From the IMG/VR virus record IMGVR_UViG_3300042564_003728: a stretch of DNA of 64,000 bases. The stretch is one strand, 5' to 3'. This DNA is from a virus. Shown here piece by piece: positions 63,010-64,000 of the stretch. The position numbers and the translations under genes were made by a program. The notes beneath the pieces were generated by a model. The model was not told the DNA's origin. It did no database searches and was given only the letters and a program-made list of their open reading frames with translations. How positions within the stretch are numbered: the stretch's first letter is position 1; each line of letters starts with the position of its first letter.

Positions 63010-64000
63010 GAGAACCAATCCTCCAGTGTTGCGCGTTTTTCTGCTTGCCATCCCATGGTGTTAGTGATCGACTCGATAGGGCTGAGATAGCCTTTCTCGA
63101 ACTGCACCGCATAGTCGATGTAAGCTTCCATCTTCAATTCTTTTGGTAGACCATTCGGACACGAGATGACATAGTCTTGTGTCGGATTTGGGTTTTTCAA
63201 GTATGCAAACTTAATCTTCTCACCGCTGGTAATGGATTGATATTTATTCGTAAGTTTCTTCTTCTTCAACATTTCGTTGTAGACCACAGAACCACGAACA
63301 TGGATAGGAGTCTGGCTTTGGAACCTACCACCTACCCAATATTTCTCGATGTCCTTGACACCGCGAGTGAAAGCCACGTCGTCAAACCCAAGAGATGAAA
63401 ACTCTGACTTGAAGTTGGCGACATACTTCTGAAGATCCGATTCGGATCCAGCCATGATAATCTCGAGAGACTTTTTAATGGCATCACGACATGCAGTCGG
63501 AGTCGAGGATCGAACTGCTTCGATGCCTGTCATCTTCAACTTCGGCTTCTCATACTCAACGCCTTCAGAGTTCCACACATTCAAGATGTACATCTTCTTG
63601 GCTTTCCAGATACCCTTATCGGCGATGTTCTCTCGCTTCATTTGCATCTTCTGATCGTATGCATGCATATACTCGGCAAGCTCTTGATAAGAACGATCGA
63701 TGAATGGTTCGATTCGTTCCTTACAGATCTTGTCGATATACTGAATCACCTTCTTGGTTTCAGGCACATCATCACCGAATACATTCTTCACGAGGTATTC
63801 GAGCGTGACATACACCGAGTCGGTATCAGAAGCCAACACATAGTCAAAGTTTTCTGTCTTCAACAGTTTGTTAAGATAGTCGTTGAGCTTGTTCTCGATC
63901 CAACGAATGCTGAGCTGACCAGACGTGGTGATGGCTTCGGCATTGTTCACGTCAAACCAACGGAACCACTTGTTACCGAGAGCACCATAAGCCGAGTTCA
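63006..64000 (-). CDS. 43: DNA polymerase gp43, C-terminal part (gene continues past right edge)
   Basis: Motif C DYVLASDTDSVYV (DTDS). Extending the frame to the window edge gives NSAYGALGNKWFRWFD, which is motif B (KxxxNSxYG) of family-B polymerases, so the start shown by the ORF track (a GTG) is internal. Confidence 0.85.
   Translation of the reverse strand, partial: NSAYGALGNKWFRWFDVNNAEAITTSGQLSIRWIENKLNDYLNKLLKTENFDYVLASDTDSVYVTLEYLVKNVFGDDVPETKKVIQYIDKICKERIEPFIDRSYQELAEYMHAYDQKMQMKRENIADKGIWKAKKMYILNVWNSEGVEYEKPKLKMTGIEAVRSSTPTACRDAIKKSLEIIMAGSESDLQKYVANFKSEFSSLGFDDVAFTRGVKDIEKYWVGGRFQSQTPIHVRGSVVYNEMLKKKKLTNKYQSITSGEKIKFAYLKNPNPTQDYVISCPNGLPKELKMEAYIDYAVQFEKGYLSPIESITNTMGWQAEKRATLEDWFS

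Overview
This window is a T4-like myovirus segment, almost entirely transcribed leftwards (minus strand), with one rightward late structural block at about 9.2-16.9 kb.

Recognisable T4 core genes:
- Baseplate and hub: gp7-like (partial), gp6, gp25, a lysozyme-less gp5, a gp27-like hub protein, a gp4-like protein, a gp48/54 tail-tube-family protein, and a gp29-like tape measure that carries a lytic-transglycosylase-like domain, followed by a CHAP peptidase.
- Replication and recombination: gp32, gp59, gp33, RNase H, NrdA/NrdB, gp61 primase, gp41 helicase, UvsX, and the C-terminus of gp43 DNA polymerase running off the right edge.

Auxiliary genes typical of marine or alphaproteobacterial T4-like phages sit between these: PhoH, ThyX, a pyruvoyl-type SAM decarboxylase, glutaredoxin, and a heptose/LPS-type sugar cluster (GmhA isomerase, GHMP heptose kinase, GT-B glycosyltransferase, HAD phosphatase, methyltransferase). 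Further cargo includes Dps, a FabF-like beta-ketoacyl-ACP synthase, an SPFH protein, an SGNH hydrolase, a secreted SNase-type nuclease, and an Rz/Rz1-type embedded spanin pair.

The most interesting feature is a permuted (two-piece type) tmRNA gene at about 19.5-19.97 kb on the minus strand. The T-arm plus CACCUCC-ACCA acceptor end lies upstream of the GGGGGUG 5' acceptor strand across an 83-nt intervening hairpin, and the tag reading frame encodes ANDNDSFADIRLAA, which looks alphaproteobacterial.

Other notable structure:
- Four copies of a roughly 50-bp early promoter plus RBS cassette, two of them with an upstream GC hairpin terminator (PeSL-like).
- A roughly 27-nt promoter-like motif (AAATAAACATGTACA...TCRAAAC) recurring at 12 or more loci.
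- A perfectly palindromic bidirectional T4-type late promoter (TATTTATAAATA).
- A 9-kb block of Lys/Glu-rich proteins with shared sequence modules, a late promoter and T4 capsid-targeting-sequence-like N-termini. It sits next to an NMNAT-like nucleotidyltransferase, an RNA/DNA-ligase-like protein and a HAD phosphatase, and may encode packaged (injected) proteins.

No CRISPR array, rRNA or canonical tRNA gene was found.
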